Source of the DNA: an uncultured Bacteroidales bacterium
Lineage (GTDB): Bacteria > Bacteroidota > Bacteroidia > Bacteroidales > Bacteroidaceae
Length of the DNA: 64,000 nucleotides
Direction of reading: 5' to 3'
NCBI GenBank assembly: GCA_902779845.1
Contig: CACZCZ010000018.1
Span: forward strand, 14,747-78,746
In this document: positions 36,411 to 47,072 of the stretch, in pieces
How the letters are laid out: every line of letters begins with the position of its first letter
Position numbering within the stretch: the stretch's first letter is position 1
Notes under the pieces: generated by a model
Databases searched by the model: none
What the model was told of the DNA's origin: nothing
Seen by the model: the letters and a program-made list of their open reading frames with translations, nothing else
Translations under genes and position numbers: made by a program

Positions 36411-37724
36411 TTAGTTGCCATCGGGCTTCTCGGCCTCGAAGAAGGGAGAGTCGTTCCAGTGGAAGTCCGCTACGGCATCGGGATGGGCGGGGTCGAAAGG
36501 TGCCGTGGCAGGATAGCGCTGCAGGTAGTCGGGGCGCAGAGCGTCAAGAAGAGGCAGGTTGAGCTGCCGCATCCCCTCGATGACACATTTCGCGAGTTCG
36601 TAGGCGCCATAGGGATTGAAATGGGTGTTGTCCTTGAAGTCGGCGGTCTGACCGGGGTAGCTGCCGGCGGGATAGTGCACGAAGGCGCGCTTGCTCTGCT
36701 CCTCGCCCAAAGCCTCGTAGAAGGTGCGTGTCATGGAATGCAGATCGATGAGGGGCACATTCTCGCGGCGGGCCACCCACTCCATGGCCTCGGGGTAGTC
36801 GGCATGAGTCTCCTGGATGCGGCCGTCCTTGAAGGAGCGGCGCTGTGTGGGGGTCACGAAGATGGGCGTGGCTCCTCGCGCGCGCGTTTCATCTATAAAT
36901 GTCTTCAGCGCCGTGGCGAAGTTGTAGTAGGCTCCCATGCCCGGTCCGCGCTGCTTCTGGTCGTTGTGTCCGAACTCAGCGATGAGGTAGTCGCCCGCCT
37001 TCATCATCGACAGCGCCTTGGCCAGACGGTTGGCAGCGATGAAGGTGCTGGCCGTCTCGCCACTCTCGGCGAAGTTGGCCACGGCAATCTGGTCGCCGAA
37101 CCAGCGCGTAATCATCTGTCCCCACGACGCCCAGGGCTCGGTGTCCTGATCCACGACGGTGGAGTTGCCACAGAGGAAGAGCGTGGGGACGCTGTCGTCA
37201 CGCTCGATGTGAATGGCGGCACAGGCGGGCGCGTCGCCGTTGATCTCTATGGTGAGACGGTCGTCGAAGTTCAGCTTCGTAAGCTCGCGGGGCTTCAGGC
37301 GCATGGAACGGCGCTCGTCGATCTGCGGCGAGTGCTTATGCACAACGAAGGAGACGACCTGTGCCTCACCTTTCTTCGTCGCCAGGTTCTCCACGAAGAG
37401 GCGGCGGCTCTCGGCACGCACGGTGGTCACGGCAGCACGCTTGCGGGAACCCAAGGTGAGGGTGACGCGGTAGTTGCCGTCCGGCACGCGCACACTGAAG
37501 AAGAAGGGCGACGGGGTGTCCAGGTTGGCTGGCGAGTCGATGAAGTCGAAGCCGTAGTCACGGCCGGCAGCATAGCGGTCGGCAGGCATCACCTGAATGG
37601 CAGCATCGTTCTTCACGCGCTTGACGGGGGAAAACGAAAAGTCCCATGACTGCGCACAAGCCGGAACAAGGCTTGAAATAATAAAGAATAAATGATAAAT
37701 GATAAATGATAAATCGCGACGCAT
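36411..37724 (-). CDS. SGNH/GDSL hydrolase, rhamnogalacturonan acetylesterase-like
   Basis: LFLCGNSTVVD (GDS-like block I) and AEFGHNDQ blocks. ATG at 37724 (MRRDLSF...) with a signal peptide. The TACCTTTG box at 37749-37756 excludes the longer ORF. Confidence 0.8.
   Translation of the reverse strand: MRRDLSFIIYHLFFIISSLVPACAQSWDFSFSPVKRVKNDAAIQVMPADRYAAGRDYGFDFIDSPANLDTPSPFFFSVRVPDGNYRVTLTLGSRKRAAVTTVRAESRRLFVENLATKKGEAQVVSFVVHKHSPQIDERRSMRLKPRELTKLNFDDRLTIEINGDAPACAAIHIERDDSVPTLFLCGNSTVVDQDTEPWASWGQMITRWFGDQIAVANFAESGETASTFIAANRLAKALSMMKAGDYLIAEFGHNDQKQRGPGMGAYYNFATALKTFIDETRARGATPIFVTPTQRRSFKDGRIQETHADYPEAMEWVARRENVPLIDLHSMTRTFYEALGEEQSKRAFVHYPAGSYPGQTADFKDNTHFNPYGAYELAKCVIEGMRQLNLPLLDALRPDYLQRYPATAPFDPAHPDAVADFHWNDSPFFEAEKPDGN
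37685..37714. repeat. (TGATAAA)n heptamer array inside the signal-peptide coding region
   Basis: aataaatgataaatgataaatgataaat. On the minus strand it encodes the FIIYHLFFII hydrophobic core. Confidence 0.85.
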
Positions 37725-37748
37725 AATTGTAATCTTTATTTTCGAGGA

Positions 37749-37756
37749 CAAAGGTA
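37749..37756 (-). promoter_or_regulatory. -7 promoter box TACCTTTG (acetylesterase)
   Basis: TAnnTTTG match 25 nt upstream of the ATG at 37724. Confidence 0.5.
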
Positions 37757-37765
37757 CGGAATAAA

Positions 37766-37838
37766 GTGAAAAGGGAAAAGGGAAAAGTGAAAAATGAAAA
37801 ATGAAAGAGTGAAAAATGAAGAGAAAAAGGGGAAAATG
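37766..37838. repeat. GTGAAAA/ATGAAAG/GGGAAAA heptamer array
   Basis: Read directly. Same family as 17813-17998, 48534-48570, 51212-51266, 54786-54826, 56217-56268 and 61494-61529. Confidence 0.9.
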
Positions 37839-37876
37839 TAGCCAAATAACAAGAAAATGCAGGTGAAAAACAAAAT

Positions 37877-37909
37877 AATTGTACATTGTCAATTGTAAAT
37901 TGTCAAATT
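37877..37909. repeat. AATTGTC/AATTGTA array
   Basis: aattgtacattgtcaattgtaaattgtcaaatt. Same family as 39225-39255, 50991-51029 (reverse complement) and 61081-61114. Confidence 0.85.
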
Positions 37910-37914
37910 TTCCT

Positions 37915-37922
37915 TACCTTTG
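37915..37922 (+). promoter_or_regulatory. -7 promoter box TACCTTTG (tRNA-Thr)
   Basis: TAnnTTTG match 25 nt upstream of the tRNA 5' end. Confidence 0.5.
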
Positions 37923-37946
37923 CGCTCGGTTTTGAAAGACAGACCT

Positions 37947-38022
<76 letters not shown>

Positions 38023-38084
38023 ACGATGAAACCTCTCGCAGATGCTTAGCGAACAAGTGTCTGCGATTGTTGTTTTCAGAAGGT

Positions 38085-39128
38085 ATGCTCTCTATGAAGA
38101 CTCATTCGCCTCTTTTCTATATCCTATGGTTCGTAGGTGGTTTAGCTGCTGTGGCGCTGATTCTGGGACTCGGATTCTGGCGCGGCATCATGGCTCCGCT
38201 GCATGAGGACGGCGACACGGAATATGTCTATGTCCGCCCCACCGACACGCCCGACAGCGTTCTCCGGCAACTGAAAGGACTGACAGGCGGCTACGTAGTC
38301 ACCTACTGGAAGATATTCAATCAACTGCGCCCCTACGAAGTTCGCACAGGCCGCTATGCCATAGAGCCGGGCCAGTCGTTCGTCAGCCTCTACCGCAACC
38401 TGCTGCGCGGCCACCAGACACCCGTGAAGCTCACCATCCCGTCGGTGCGGACCATGGACCGCCTGGCAGGCTTCCTGAGCAACAAGCTGATGATGGACTC
38501 TGCCGAGGTGGCACAAAGCTTCGCCGACAGCAGCTTCGCAGCCTCCTACGGCTACACCACCGCCACCCTGCCCGCTCTCTTCATCCCCAACACCTACGAG
38601 GTCTATTGGGACACGACGCTGCCGAAGTTCATGCAACGGATGCAGGACGAGAACGAACGTTTCTGGCAACAGCAACAGCGCGACGAGGCCGCCAAGGCGT
38701 TGGCCTTCACCCGCGAGGAAATCGTGACGCTGGCCAGCATCGTGGATGAGGAGACTGCCAACAACGGCGAGAAAGCACGCGTGGCAGGACTCTACATGAA
38801 CCGCCTGAAGAAGGGCATACCCCTGCAGGCCGACCCCACCGTGAAGTTCGCCGTGGGCGATGTCACGCTGCGCCGCATCCGCGGCGAGCACCTGAAGGTG
38901 AAAAGCCCCTACAACACCTACCTCAACAAAGGCCTGCCCCCAGGACCCATCCGCATCCCCTCCATCGCCGGCATCGATGCCGTGCTGCAAATGGAGCAAC
39001 ACCCCTACCTCTACATGTGTGCCAAGGAGGATTTCAGCGGCACTCACAACTTCGCCGCCACCTTCGCCGAGCACCAACAGAACGCCAGGCGATACCAGAA
39101 GGCGCTGAATGAGAGGGGGATCCGCTAA
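38085..39128 (+). CDS. mltG: Endolytic murein transglycosylase MltG (YceG-like)
   Basis: N-terminal TM helix and YceG-family motifs (LASIVDEETA, KSPYNTYLNKGLPPGPI). The start is trimmed to the ATG at 38085 (or 38094) because the track ORF runs through the tRNA. Confidence 0.9.
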   Translation: MLSMKTHSPLFYILWFVGGLAAVALILGLGFWRGIMAPLHEDGDTEYVYVRPTDTPDSVLRQLKGLTGGYVVTYWKIFNQLRPYEVRTGRYAIEPGQSFVSLYRNLLRGHQTPVKLTIPSVRTMDRLAGFLSNKLMMDSAEVAQSFADSSFAASYGYTTATLPALFIPNTYEVYWDTTLPKFMQRMQDENERFWQQQQRDEAAKALAFTREEIVTLASIVDEETANNGEKARVAGLYMNRLKKGIPLQADPTVKFAVGDVTLRRIRGEHLKVKSPYNTYLNKGLPPGPIRIPSIAGIDAVLQMEQHPYLYMCAKEDFSGTHNFAATFAEHQQNARRYQKALNERGIR

Positions 39129-39130
39129 GT

Positions 39131-39224
39131 GGGTTTATGGTTGAGGGGTTATGGTTGAGGGTTTATGGTTGAGGGTTGAGGGTTAAGGGTTAAGGGTTGA
39201 GGGTTAAGGGTTTATGGTTTAAGG
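39131..39224. repeat. (GGGTTGA/GGGTTAA/GGTTATG)n G-rich heptamer array
   Basis: Read directly. Complement of the CCCTCAA/CCCTTAA arrays at 538-690, 15199-15272, 21366-21513 and 53343-53428. Fits the G3N4 quadruplex motif. Confidence 0.9.
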
Positions 39225-39255
39225 AATTGTCAAATTGTAAATTGTCAAATTGTCC
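39225..39255. repeat. AATTGTC/AATTGTA array
   Basis: aattgtcaaattgtaaattgtcaaattgtcc, directly abutting the G-rich array. Confidence 0.85.
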
Positions 39256-39282
39256 AATATAAAAGATTGTCCAATCATACAG

Positions 39283-41472
39283 ATGTCATCCACGCTTCGT
39301 TTCCAAGTTGTCGGTGAAGCTTTCAAGAAGCATCCCATCGATGTGCCGGCGCCCACAGAGCGGCCGTCGGAATTCTTTGCCAAATACGTATTCAACCGTG
39401 CCAAAATGCAGCACTACCTGCCCGCTGACATCTTCGCCAAGATGGTGGATGTCATGGAGAACGGCGCTACACTGGACATGAACACTGCCGACGCTGTCGC
39501 CAAAGGCATGAAGCAATGGGCGATGGAGCTGGGCGCTACGCATATCACCCACTGGTTCCAGCCGCTCACCGAGGGCACTGCCGAGAAACACGACGGCTTC
39601 GTGGAGCACGACGGGAAAGGCGGGATGGTAGAGGAATTCACGGGCAAGCAGCTGGTGCAGCAGGAGCCCGACGCCAGTTCCTTCCCCAGCGGAGGCATCC
39701 GCAGCACCTTCGAGGCACGCGGCTACTCGGCATGGGACCCCACAAGCCCTGTCTTCGTCATCGGCGACACCCTGATGATTCCCACCGTGTTCATTGCCTA
39801 CACGGGCGAAGCACTGGACTACAAAGCACCCCTCAAGAAAGCCCTGCGCGCTGTGGACAAGGCCGCTACGGACGTGGCTCGCTACTTCTACCCCGACGTG
39901 AAAAAGGTGGTCTCCAACCTCGGTTGGGAACAGGAGTACTTCCTCGTAGATGAAGGACTCTATGCCGCACGTCCCGACCTGCTGATGACCGGTCGCACGA
40001 TGATGGGACACGACAGCGCCAAGAACCAGCAGATGGACGACCACTACTTCGGCAGCATCCCCGAGCGCGTGGCAGCCTTCATGAAGGACCTGGAGATTCA
40101 GGCGCTGGAGCTGGGCATTCCCTGTAAGACACGCCACAACGAGGCGGCACCCAACCAGTTTGAGTTGGCACCTATCTTCGAAGAGACGAACCTGGCCGTG
40201 GATCACAACATGCTGCTGATGTCCCTGATGAAGAAGGTGGCCCGCAAGCACGGCTTCCGTTGCCTGCTTCATGAGAAACCCTTCGCCGGCATCAACGGCA
40301 GCGGCAAGCACAACAACTGGAGCCTGTCCACCGACACCGGCATACTGCTGCACGCCCCGGGCAAGAACAACCTGGACAACCTGCGTTTCATCACCTTCAT
40401 CGTGGAGACGCTCATGGCTGTATGGCGCCACAACGGTCTGCTGAAAGCCAGCATCGTGAGCGCCACCAACGCCCACCGTCTGGGTGGCAACGAGGCACCG
40501 CCCGCCATCATCTCGTCGTTCCTGGGACAACACCTCAGCGATGTGCTGGAGCGTCTAGAACAGAGCGCCGACGACGAGATCACATGGAAGAGCAAACATG
40601 AGATGCACCTGGACATCCCACAGATTCCCGAGTTGCTCGTAGATAACACCGACCGCAACCGCACCTCGCCCTTTGCCTTCACCGGCAACCGCTTCGAGTT
40701 CCGCGCCGTAGGTGCTGAAGCGAACTGCGCCAGCGCCATGATTGCCCTGAACGCCGCCGTCGCCGAAGCCCTCATCGACTTCAAAGCACGCGTGGATGCC
40801 CTCATCGCCGAGGGGATGGACACGATGAAGGCCGTGCTGAAAATCGTGCGCGAAGACATCCGCACCTGCAAGCCCATTCACTTCGACGGCAACGGCTACA
40901 GCGAAGCGTGGAAGCAGGAAGCAGCCCGCCGCGGACTGGATGTCGAAGCCTCCTGCCCCCTGGTCATCGACCGCTACCTGGACGATGCCAGCGTGGAGAT
41001 GTTTGCCAAGACACATGTCTTCACACGCAACGAGTTGGAAGCCCGCAACGAAATCAAATGGGAGACCTACACGAAGAAGATACAGATTGAGGCCCGCATC
41101 TTCGGCGACCTCTGCCTGAACCATATCATCCCCGTGGCCACGCGCTACCAGAGCCAGCTCATAGACAATGTGCATAAGATTAACGAGATCTTCCCTTCTG
41201 ACGAAGCCGCCACGCTCTCCGGCGATAACGTCTCGCTCATCCGCCAGATCTCTGAGCACACAGGCTTCATCACCACCCATGTCAGCAAACTCATCGAAGC
41301 CCGCAAAGTGGCGAACCGCATTGAGAGCGAACGCGAGAAGGCCATCGCCTACCATGACACCGTAGCGCCCCTGCTGGAGAGCATCCGCTACCATGTTGAT
41401 AAGCTCGAACTCATTGTTGACGATGAGCTATGGCCGCTACCCAAATACCGCGAGCTGCTGTTCATCCGCTAA
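39283..41472 (+). CDS. glnN: Glutamine synthetase type III
   Basis: About 730 aa with a GSIII-type N-terminus (RFQ...FAKYVFNRAKMQ) and catalytic core. ATG at 39283 is preferred over 39250. Confidence 0.9.
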   Translation: MSSTLRFQVVGEAFKKHPIDVPAPTERPSEFFAKYVFNRAKMQHYLPADIFAKMVDVMENGATLDMNTADAVAKGMKQWAMELGATHITHWFQPLTEGTAEKHDGFVEHDGKGGMVEEFTGKQLVQQEPDASSFPSGGIRSTFEARGYSAWDPTSPVFVIGDTLMIPTVFIAYTGEALDYKAPLKKALRAVDKAATDVARYFYPDVKKVVSNLGWEQEYFLVDEGLYAARPDLLMTGRTMMGHDSAKNQQMDDHYFGSIPERVAAFMKDLEIQALELGIPCKTRHNEAAPNQFELAPIFEETNLAVDHNMLLMSLMKKVARKHGFRCLLHEKPFAGINGSGKHNNWSLSTDTGILLHAPGKNNLDNLRFITFIVETLMAVWRHNGLLKASIVSATNAHRLGGNEAPPAIISSFLGQHLSDVLERLEQSADDEITWKSKHEMHLDIPQIPELLVDNTDRNRTSPFAFTGNRFEFRAVGAEANCASAMIALNAAVAEALIDFKARVDALIAEGMDTMKAVLKIVREDIRTCKPIHFDGNGYSEAWKQEAARRGLDVEASCPLVIDRYLDDASVEMFAKTHVFTRNELEARNEIKWETYTKKIQIEARIFGDLCLNHIIPVATRYQSQLIDNVHKINEIFPSDEAATLSGDNVSLIRQISEHTGFITTHVSKLIEARKVANRIESEREKAIAYHDTVAPLLESIRYHVDKLELIVDDELWPLPKYRELLFIR

Positions 41473-41483
41473 CAACCCCATAC

Positions 41484-41518
41484 GAAAGCCGTCAGGAAAC
41501 CCTGGCGGCTTTCTTTAT
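41484..41518 (+). terminator. Rho-independent terminator of glnN
   Basis: GAAAGCCG-N14-CGGCTTTC stem followed by TTTAT. Confidence 0.7.
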
Positions 41519-41524
41519 ACCTAT

Positions 41525-41561
41525 ATATATAAAGAAGAAGGCGCGGCTTCACAGCCACGCC
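41525..41561 (-). terminator. Rho-independent terminator of rpsP
   Basis: The minus strand reads GGCGUGGCU-GUGA-AGCCGCGCC followed by UUCUUCUUUAUAUAU. Confidence 0.7.
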
Positions 41562-41603
41562 TCTTATGCTTGTTTGGAAAAATTGTAATATGGAGAGTTG
41601 GGT

Positions 41604-42158
41604 TTAAGCTTCTGCGGGAGCCTCCTCTGTAGCGGGTTGTTCCTCTGCAGCAGCCTCAGCCTTGGCAGCAGCCTCGGCCTCTGCTTTCGCAGCAGCCTCA
41701 GCAGCCTTCTTGTCGGCTACTTTCTTAGCGATCTCTTCATTGGTCTTCTTCTCTGCATCGAGAGCGGCAGCAGCAGCGGCCTTCTTGTCAGCAGCGACCT
41801 TGTCAGCAACGGCTTTCAGGCCCTTCTGTTTGTCGGCCTTCCAAGCGTTGAACTTGACTTGTGCGGTAGCTTCGTCGAAAGCGCCCTTCTTCACGCCACC
41901 ACGGAGGTGCTTCATGAGATACACGCCTTCATCGGAAAGGATGTTACGCACGGTGTCTGTGGGCTGTGCGCCTGTCTCTACCCAGTAAAGGGCACGGTCA
42001 AATTTCAAATCTACAGTGGCTGGATTGGTGTTGGGGTTGTAGGTACCAATCTTCTCTGTAAACTTACCGTCGCGCGGAGCTCTTACATCTGCAATGACGA
42101 TGGAGTAGAAAGCATAGCTCTTACGACCATGACGTTGCAATCTGATTCTTGTTGCCAT
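41604..42158 (-). CDS. rpsP: 30S ribosomal protein S16 with a C-terminal extension rich in Ala, Lys and Glu
   Basis: [33 protein letters not shown] core. The extension is common in Bacteroidota. Confidence 0.95.
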   Translation of the reverse strand: MATRIRLQRHGRKSYAFYSIVIADVRAPRDGKFTEKIGTYNPNTNPATVDLKFDRALYWVETGAQPTDTVRNILSDEGVYLMKHLRGGVKKGAFDEATAQVKFNAWKADKQKGLKAVADKVAADKKAAAAAALDAEKKTNEEIAKKVADKKAAEAAAKAEAEAAAKAEAAAEEQPATEEAPAEA

Positions 42159-42218
42159 AAATGTTTAATTATGAGTTAATAGGTTTGAAATTATGCTGCC
42201 ATCTCGTGACAGCGGGCG

Positions 42219-42226
42219 CAAAGGTA
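42219..42226 (-). promoter_or_regulatory. -7 promoter box TACCTTTG (rpsP)
   Basis: TAnnTTTG match about 60 nt upstream of the ATG at 42158. Confidence 0.45.
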
Positions 42227-42313
42227 CGACAAAATAATGAAATGAGAAAAAAAGAAACGAGAAAAATGAAAGAAGAGACAAAAAAACTACGAATCGTTAA
42301 TCTGTCAACCGGC

Positions 42314-42799
42314 TCATTCTTTCATCAGCAAGGCGACGACAGCTTCCAGTCCGCGGCGGTCTTCATCGTCGAAAGCCGCAAGGCGGTCGCTGTCAATGTC
42401 CAGGACACCGACGACCTCACCACCACGCACCATGGGAACCACGATCTCCGAGCGGCTCAGACTGCTGCAAGCGATGTGTCCGGGGAAAGCATCCACATCA
42501 GGAACGACGAGGGTTTGCGCCTGAGCCCAGGCGGAGCCACAGACGCCACGGCCATACTTGATGCGGGAACAAGCCACGGAACCCTGGAAGGGACCGAGGT
42601 GCAGCCAACCGGGCTCTTTCACCAGGTAGAAGCCCACCCAGAAGAAGCCGAAGGCCTCGCGCAATGCGGCAGCGGTGTTCGCCAATTCTGTAATCTCGTC
42701 CGTTTCACCTTCGATGAACACGGTGTAATCCTTCAGGAAGGCCTCATAGCGTTCGCGCTTTGAGAGCCCTTCGGGTAAGTGGAACGTGGGTTCGGACAT
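42314..42799 (-). CDS. GAF-domain protein (free methionine-R-sulfoxide reductase-like)
   Basis: GPFQGSVACSRIKYGRGVCG...FPGHIACSSLSRSEIVVP pattern. Confidence 0.8.
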   Translation of the reverse strand: MSEPTFHLPEGLSKRERYEAFLKDYTVFIEGETDEITELANTAAALREAFGFFWVGFYLVKEPGWLHLGPFQGSVACSRIKYGRGVCGSAWAQAQTLVVPDVDAFPGHIACSSLSRSEIVVPMVRGGEVVGVLDIDSDRLAAFDDEDRRGLEAVVALLMKE

Positions 42800-42810
42800 G
42801 TTGTTTATGG

Positions 42811-42858
42811 CTTAATGTATAATTGATAATGTATAATGTATAATTAATGTTCAATGTT

Positions 42859-42862
<4 letters not shown>
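42811..42862. repeat. GTATAAT/TGATAAT heptamer array
   Basis: cttaatgtataattgataatgtataatgtataattaatgttcaatg, lying between the GAF gene start and the ettA stop. Confidence 0.8.
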
Positions 42863-44550
<1,688 letters not shown>

Positions 44551-44560
44551 ATGATTTAGT

Positions 44561-44666
44561 TTCAAGATTCAGGATTCAGGTTTCAGGATTCAGGTTTCAG
44601 GATTCAAGATTCAAGTTTCAGGATTCAGGTTTCAGGATTCAGGTTTCAGGTTTCAGGATTCAAGTG
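44561..44666. repeat. (CAGGATT/CAGGTTT/CAAGATT)n heptamer array
   Basis: Read directly, immediately upstream of ettA. Confidence 0.9.
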
Positions 44667-44672
44667 TTTCTA

Positions 44673-44712
44673 CTCCCCTCGCCCTTTGGAGAGGGGCTGG
44701 GGGGGGTGAGGC
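44673..44712. repeat. GC-rich hairpin element (CTCCCCTCGCCC-TTTG-GAGAGGGGCTGGGGGGGGTGAGGCC)
   Basis: Same family as 58531-58567 and 58886-58926, with variants at 9389-9424 and 11236-11270. Confidence 0.85.
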
Positions 44713-44750
44713 CGGAGTGGAGAGAGAGGCTAAAAGTGTAATGTGAAAAT

Positions 44751-45674
44751 TTACCTCAGCCAAATCAGGTCACCGACCTGCGGAGTATAGTCGGGGGAGA
44801 GGGCATTGAGGGTGTAGATGGATTTGAGGCGGATGGCATAGCGCTGCGCGATGTCATAGAGCGACTCTCCGGGCTGCACCACATGCGGCACACCCTTAAA
44901 GGCCTTGTCAGCCTTCGAGCGCTTCTTCTGCAAATAGACGATGTCACCCATATTCAGCGGTGAGTTCTTAGGACGCTCGTTGTATTTGAGCAGTTTGCGC
45001 ACGCTGACACCCGTCTCGCGCGACACCGTCTCCCACGTATCGCCCTTGACAGCGATAATCATGTAGTTGCGGTTGATCTTATAGACGATGTGACGGGCAA
45101 AGAAGTCACTCTCGACCTCGGCCGCCTGACGGTTCTTGGAGCGGGCGTGATGACGGCCTTGTATGTAAGAGTCAAACTGCTGGAGGTTATAGCGCTCGAT
45201 GACACCGATGAGCATCTCGGCATAGCGGGGATTGGTGGCATAGCCAGCCTTCTTCAAGCCGTGGGCCCAGCCCTTGTAGTCCGTGATCTTCAGGTTGAAG
45301 AGCGAGCGGTAGCGCGGGCTGTTGACAAGGAACTTGGAGTGGTCCTCATAGCTCTCGTCGTCGGTGCGATATTTGCGGAAGCGGTCATCCGGACGGTCAT
45401 CGCTCATCACGATATAAGGCCCCGTCCAGTTCATCCCCACCTTGATGCCGAAGTGGTTGTGTGCCTCGCGAACCAGGCGACTCTGCCCTGCCCCACTCTC
45501 ACACAAGCCCTGAGCCAGCGTGATGGAAGCCGGAATTCTGTGACGCTGCATCTGATCGACAGCCATATCCTTATAGTTCTCGATATAGCGCCACTGTGCC
45601 GTCTGTCCAGATTGTGCGAAAAGGCCAATAGCGGCCATGCAAAAGGTCAAAAAAGCGATAAAACGATGCCTCAT
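44751..45674 (-). CDS. Glucosaminidase-domain peptidoglycan hydrolase with two LysM domains
   Basis: Signal peptide, a glucosaminidase-like ITLAQGLCESGAG...HNHFGIK region, and two C-terminal LysM-like repeats (GDTWETVSRETGV, GESLYDIAQRYAI). Confidence 0.85.
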   Translation of the reverse strand: MRHRFIAFLTFCMAAIGLFAQSGQTAQWRYIENYKDMAVDQMQRHRIPASITLAQGLCESGAGQSRLVREAHNHFGIKVGMNWTGPYIVMSDDRPDDRFRKYRTDDESYEDHSKFLVNSPRYRSLFNLKITDYKGWAHGLKKAGYATNPRYAEMLIGVIERYNLQQFDSYIQGRHHARSKNRQAAEVESDFFARHIVYKINRNYMIIAVKGDTWETVSRETGVSVRKLLKYNERPKNSPLNMGDIVYLQKKRSKADKAFKGVPHVVQPGESLYDIAQRYAIRLKSIYTLNALSPDYTPQVGDLIWLR

Positions 45675-45740
45675 TCTTTAAATATGATTGATTTCGCGCA
45701 CAAAAGTACTTTTTTTTGTTGAGATACGCGAGAAAAGTAG

Positions 45741-45748
45741 TACTTTTG
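45741..45748 (+). promoter_or_regulatory. -7 promoter box TACTTTTG (cdd)
   Basis: TAnnTTTG match 23 nt upstream of the ATG at 45771. Confidence 0.5.
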
Positions 45749-45770
45749 TGACAAATTTCACGCAATAAGT

Positions 45771-46250
45771 ATGAAAGAGATACAAATTACCACCCCCATA
45801 CAGGTCTATAAGGCCGATGAACTGCCCGAAGAAGACCGTGAACTGGTTGACATCGCCAAGCAGATGACGCTCACCAGCTATTCGCCCTATTCCCATTTTC
45901 AGGTGGGCGCTGCCCTTCGCCTTCGCGACGGTCAGATCTTCAAGGGCAGCAACCAGGAGAATGCGGCCTACCCCGTAGGTCTCTGCGCCGAGCGCACCGC
46001 CTTCTTCGCCGCAGGAGCCAATGCACCCAAGGTGCCCCCTGTGAGCATCGCCATAGCAGCCCAGACCGGTGGTAAGTTCTCCGAGACACCCATTGCACCT
46101 TGCGGCTCCTGCCGTCAGGCCCTTCTGGAAGCCGAGGTGCGCTTCCAGCAGCACATCCGCATCGTGCTGTATGGCACGGAAAGCATCTGGGTCGCGCGCA
46201 GCGTCCGCGACCTTCTTCCCCTCACCTTCGACGGTTCTCAGCTACCATGA
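45771..46250 (+). CDS. cdd: Cytidine deaminase
   Basis: SPYSHFQVGAAL, CAERTA and PCGSCRQ zinc motifs. Confidence 0.9.
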   Translation: MKEIQITTPIQVYKADELPEEDRELVDIAKQMTLTSYSPYSHFQVGAALRLRDGQIFKGSNQENAAYPVGLCAERTAFFAAGANAPKVPPVSIAIAAQTGGKFSETPIAPCGSCRQALLEAEVRFQQHIRIVLYGTESIWVARSVRDLLPLTFDGSQLP

Positions 46251-47062
46251 GGCGACTTCCCCTTTTACTGTTGATGGCACTCTTCTGTCTCTCCACGACA
46301 GCCGATGCTGCGAAGAAGAAAAAGAAGAAGAAAGTGGAGGAAGAGGGTTACTATGCCACCCTACCCCAGCCCGATCCCATCATGCCCCCGCTCAGCCCGC
46401 AGCCTACGTTGGGGCTCCTGGAGGTCATCGACGAGCAGACACAGGATGACCACTATGCCAACCATCAGCTGGGCGGCATCGATGTCTCGCACTATCAGGG
46501 GAAAATCAACTGGAGCGAGGTAGCCCGCAATGCGAACATCACATACGTATATATCAAAGCCACCGAAGGTGCCAAACTCGTTGACGACACCTACCTCACC
46601 AACCTCAAGGGTGCCCGCCGTGCCGGCTTGAAGGTGGGCTGTTACCATTTCTTCAGCCCCACCGCCGATGTGCGCCAGCAGTTCACCAACTTCACCCATA
46701 CGGTGAAGCTCAAGGACCACGACCTCATCCCCATCATCGACATCGAGCACCGAGGCAAGGCTTCGCTGAAGCAGTTTCAAAGTCGTCTGAAGCTGTTCCT
46801 CAGACTCGTGGAGGAGCACTACGGCGTGCGCCCCATACTCTACACCTCGCGCGACTTCTACAACAAATACCTCTCGGGGCCGTTCACGCACTATAAATAT
46901 ATGATTGCGCGTTATCACACCGATATCCCAAAATTGTGTGACAACGCAGCCTTCGTGATGTGGCAATACTCTGCCAGCAGCTATATCCGCGGAATCCGTG
47001 GTAAAGTAGATCGCAGTTGTCTGATGGACAGCTACACGCTCTCAGACATCCTCCTGCCTTAA
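46247..47062 (+). CDS. GH25-family lysozyme (muramidase)
   Basis: The ATG overlaps the cdd stop (ATGA). Signal peptide MRRLPLLLLMALFCLS and GIDVSHYQGKINW GH25 motif. Confidence 0.85.
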   Translation: MRRLPLLLLMALFCLSTTADAAKKKKKKKVEEEGYYATLPQPDPIMPPLSPQPTLGLLEVIDEQTQDDHYANHQLGGIDVSHYQGKINWSEVARNANITYVYIKATEGAKLVDDTYLTNLKGARRAGLKVGCYHFFSPTADVRQQFTNFTHTVKLKDHDLIPIIDIEHRGKASLKQFQSRLKLFLRLVEEHYGVRPILYTSRDFYNKYLSGPFTHYKYMIARYHTDIPKLCDNAAFVMWQYSASSYIRGIRGKVDRSCLMDSYTLSDILLP

Positions 47063-47072
47063 AGTTCCCGCT

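Noticed and set aside
36411-37892. Long version of the acetylesterase ORF (493 aa), and the small ORFs 37558-37845 and 51131-51352 that encode FIFHSFIFH-type peptides.
   Set aside because: The extra N-terminal part is only the translated GTGAAAA-family array and lies upstream of the TACCTTTG promoter box at 37749-37756. The same peptide words appear wherever the array occurs, so they are not genes.
41604-41800. The Ala/Lys/Glu-rich C-terminal tail of S16 as another repeat insertion.
   Set aside because: Extended S16 tails of this kind are common in Bacteroidota, and the DNA shows no relation to the heptamer or hairpin families.
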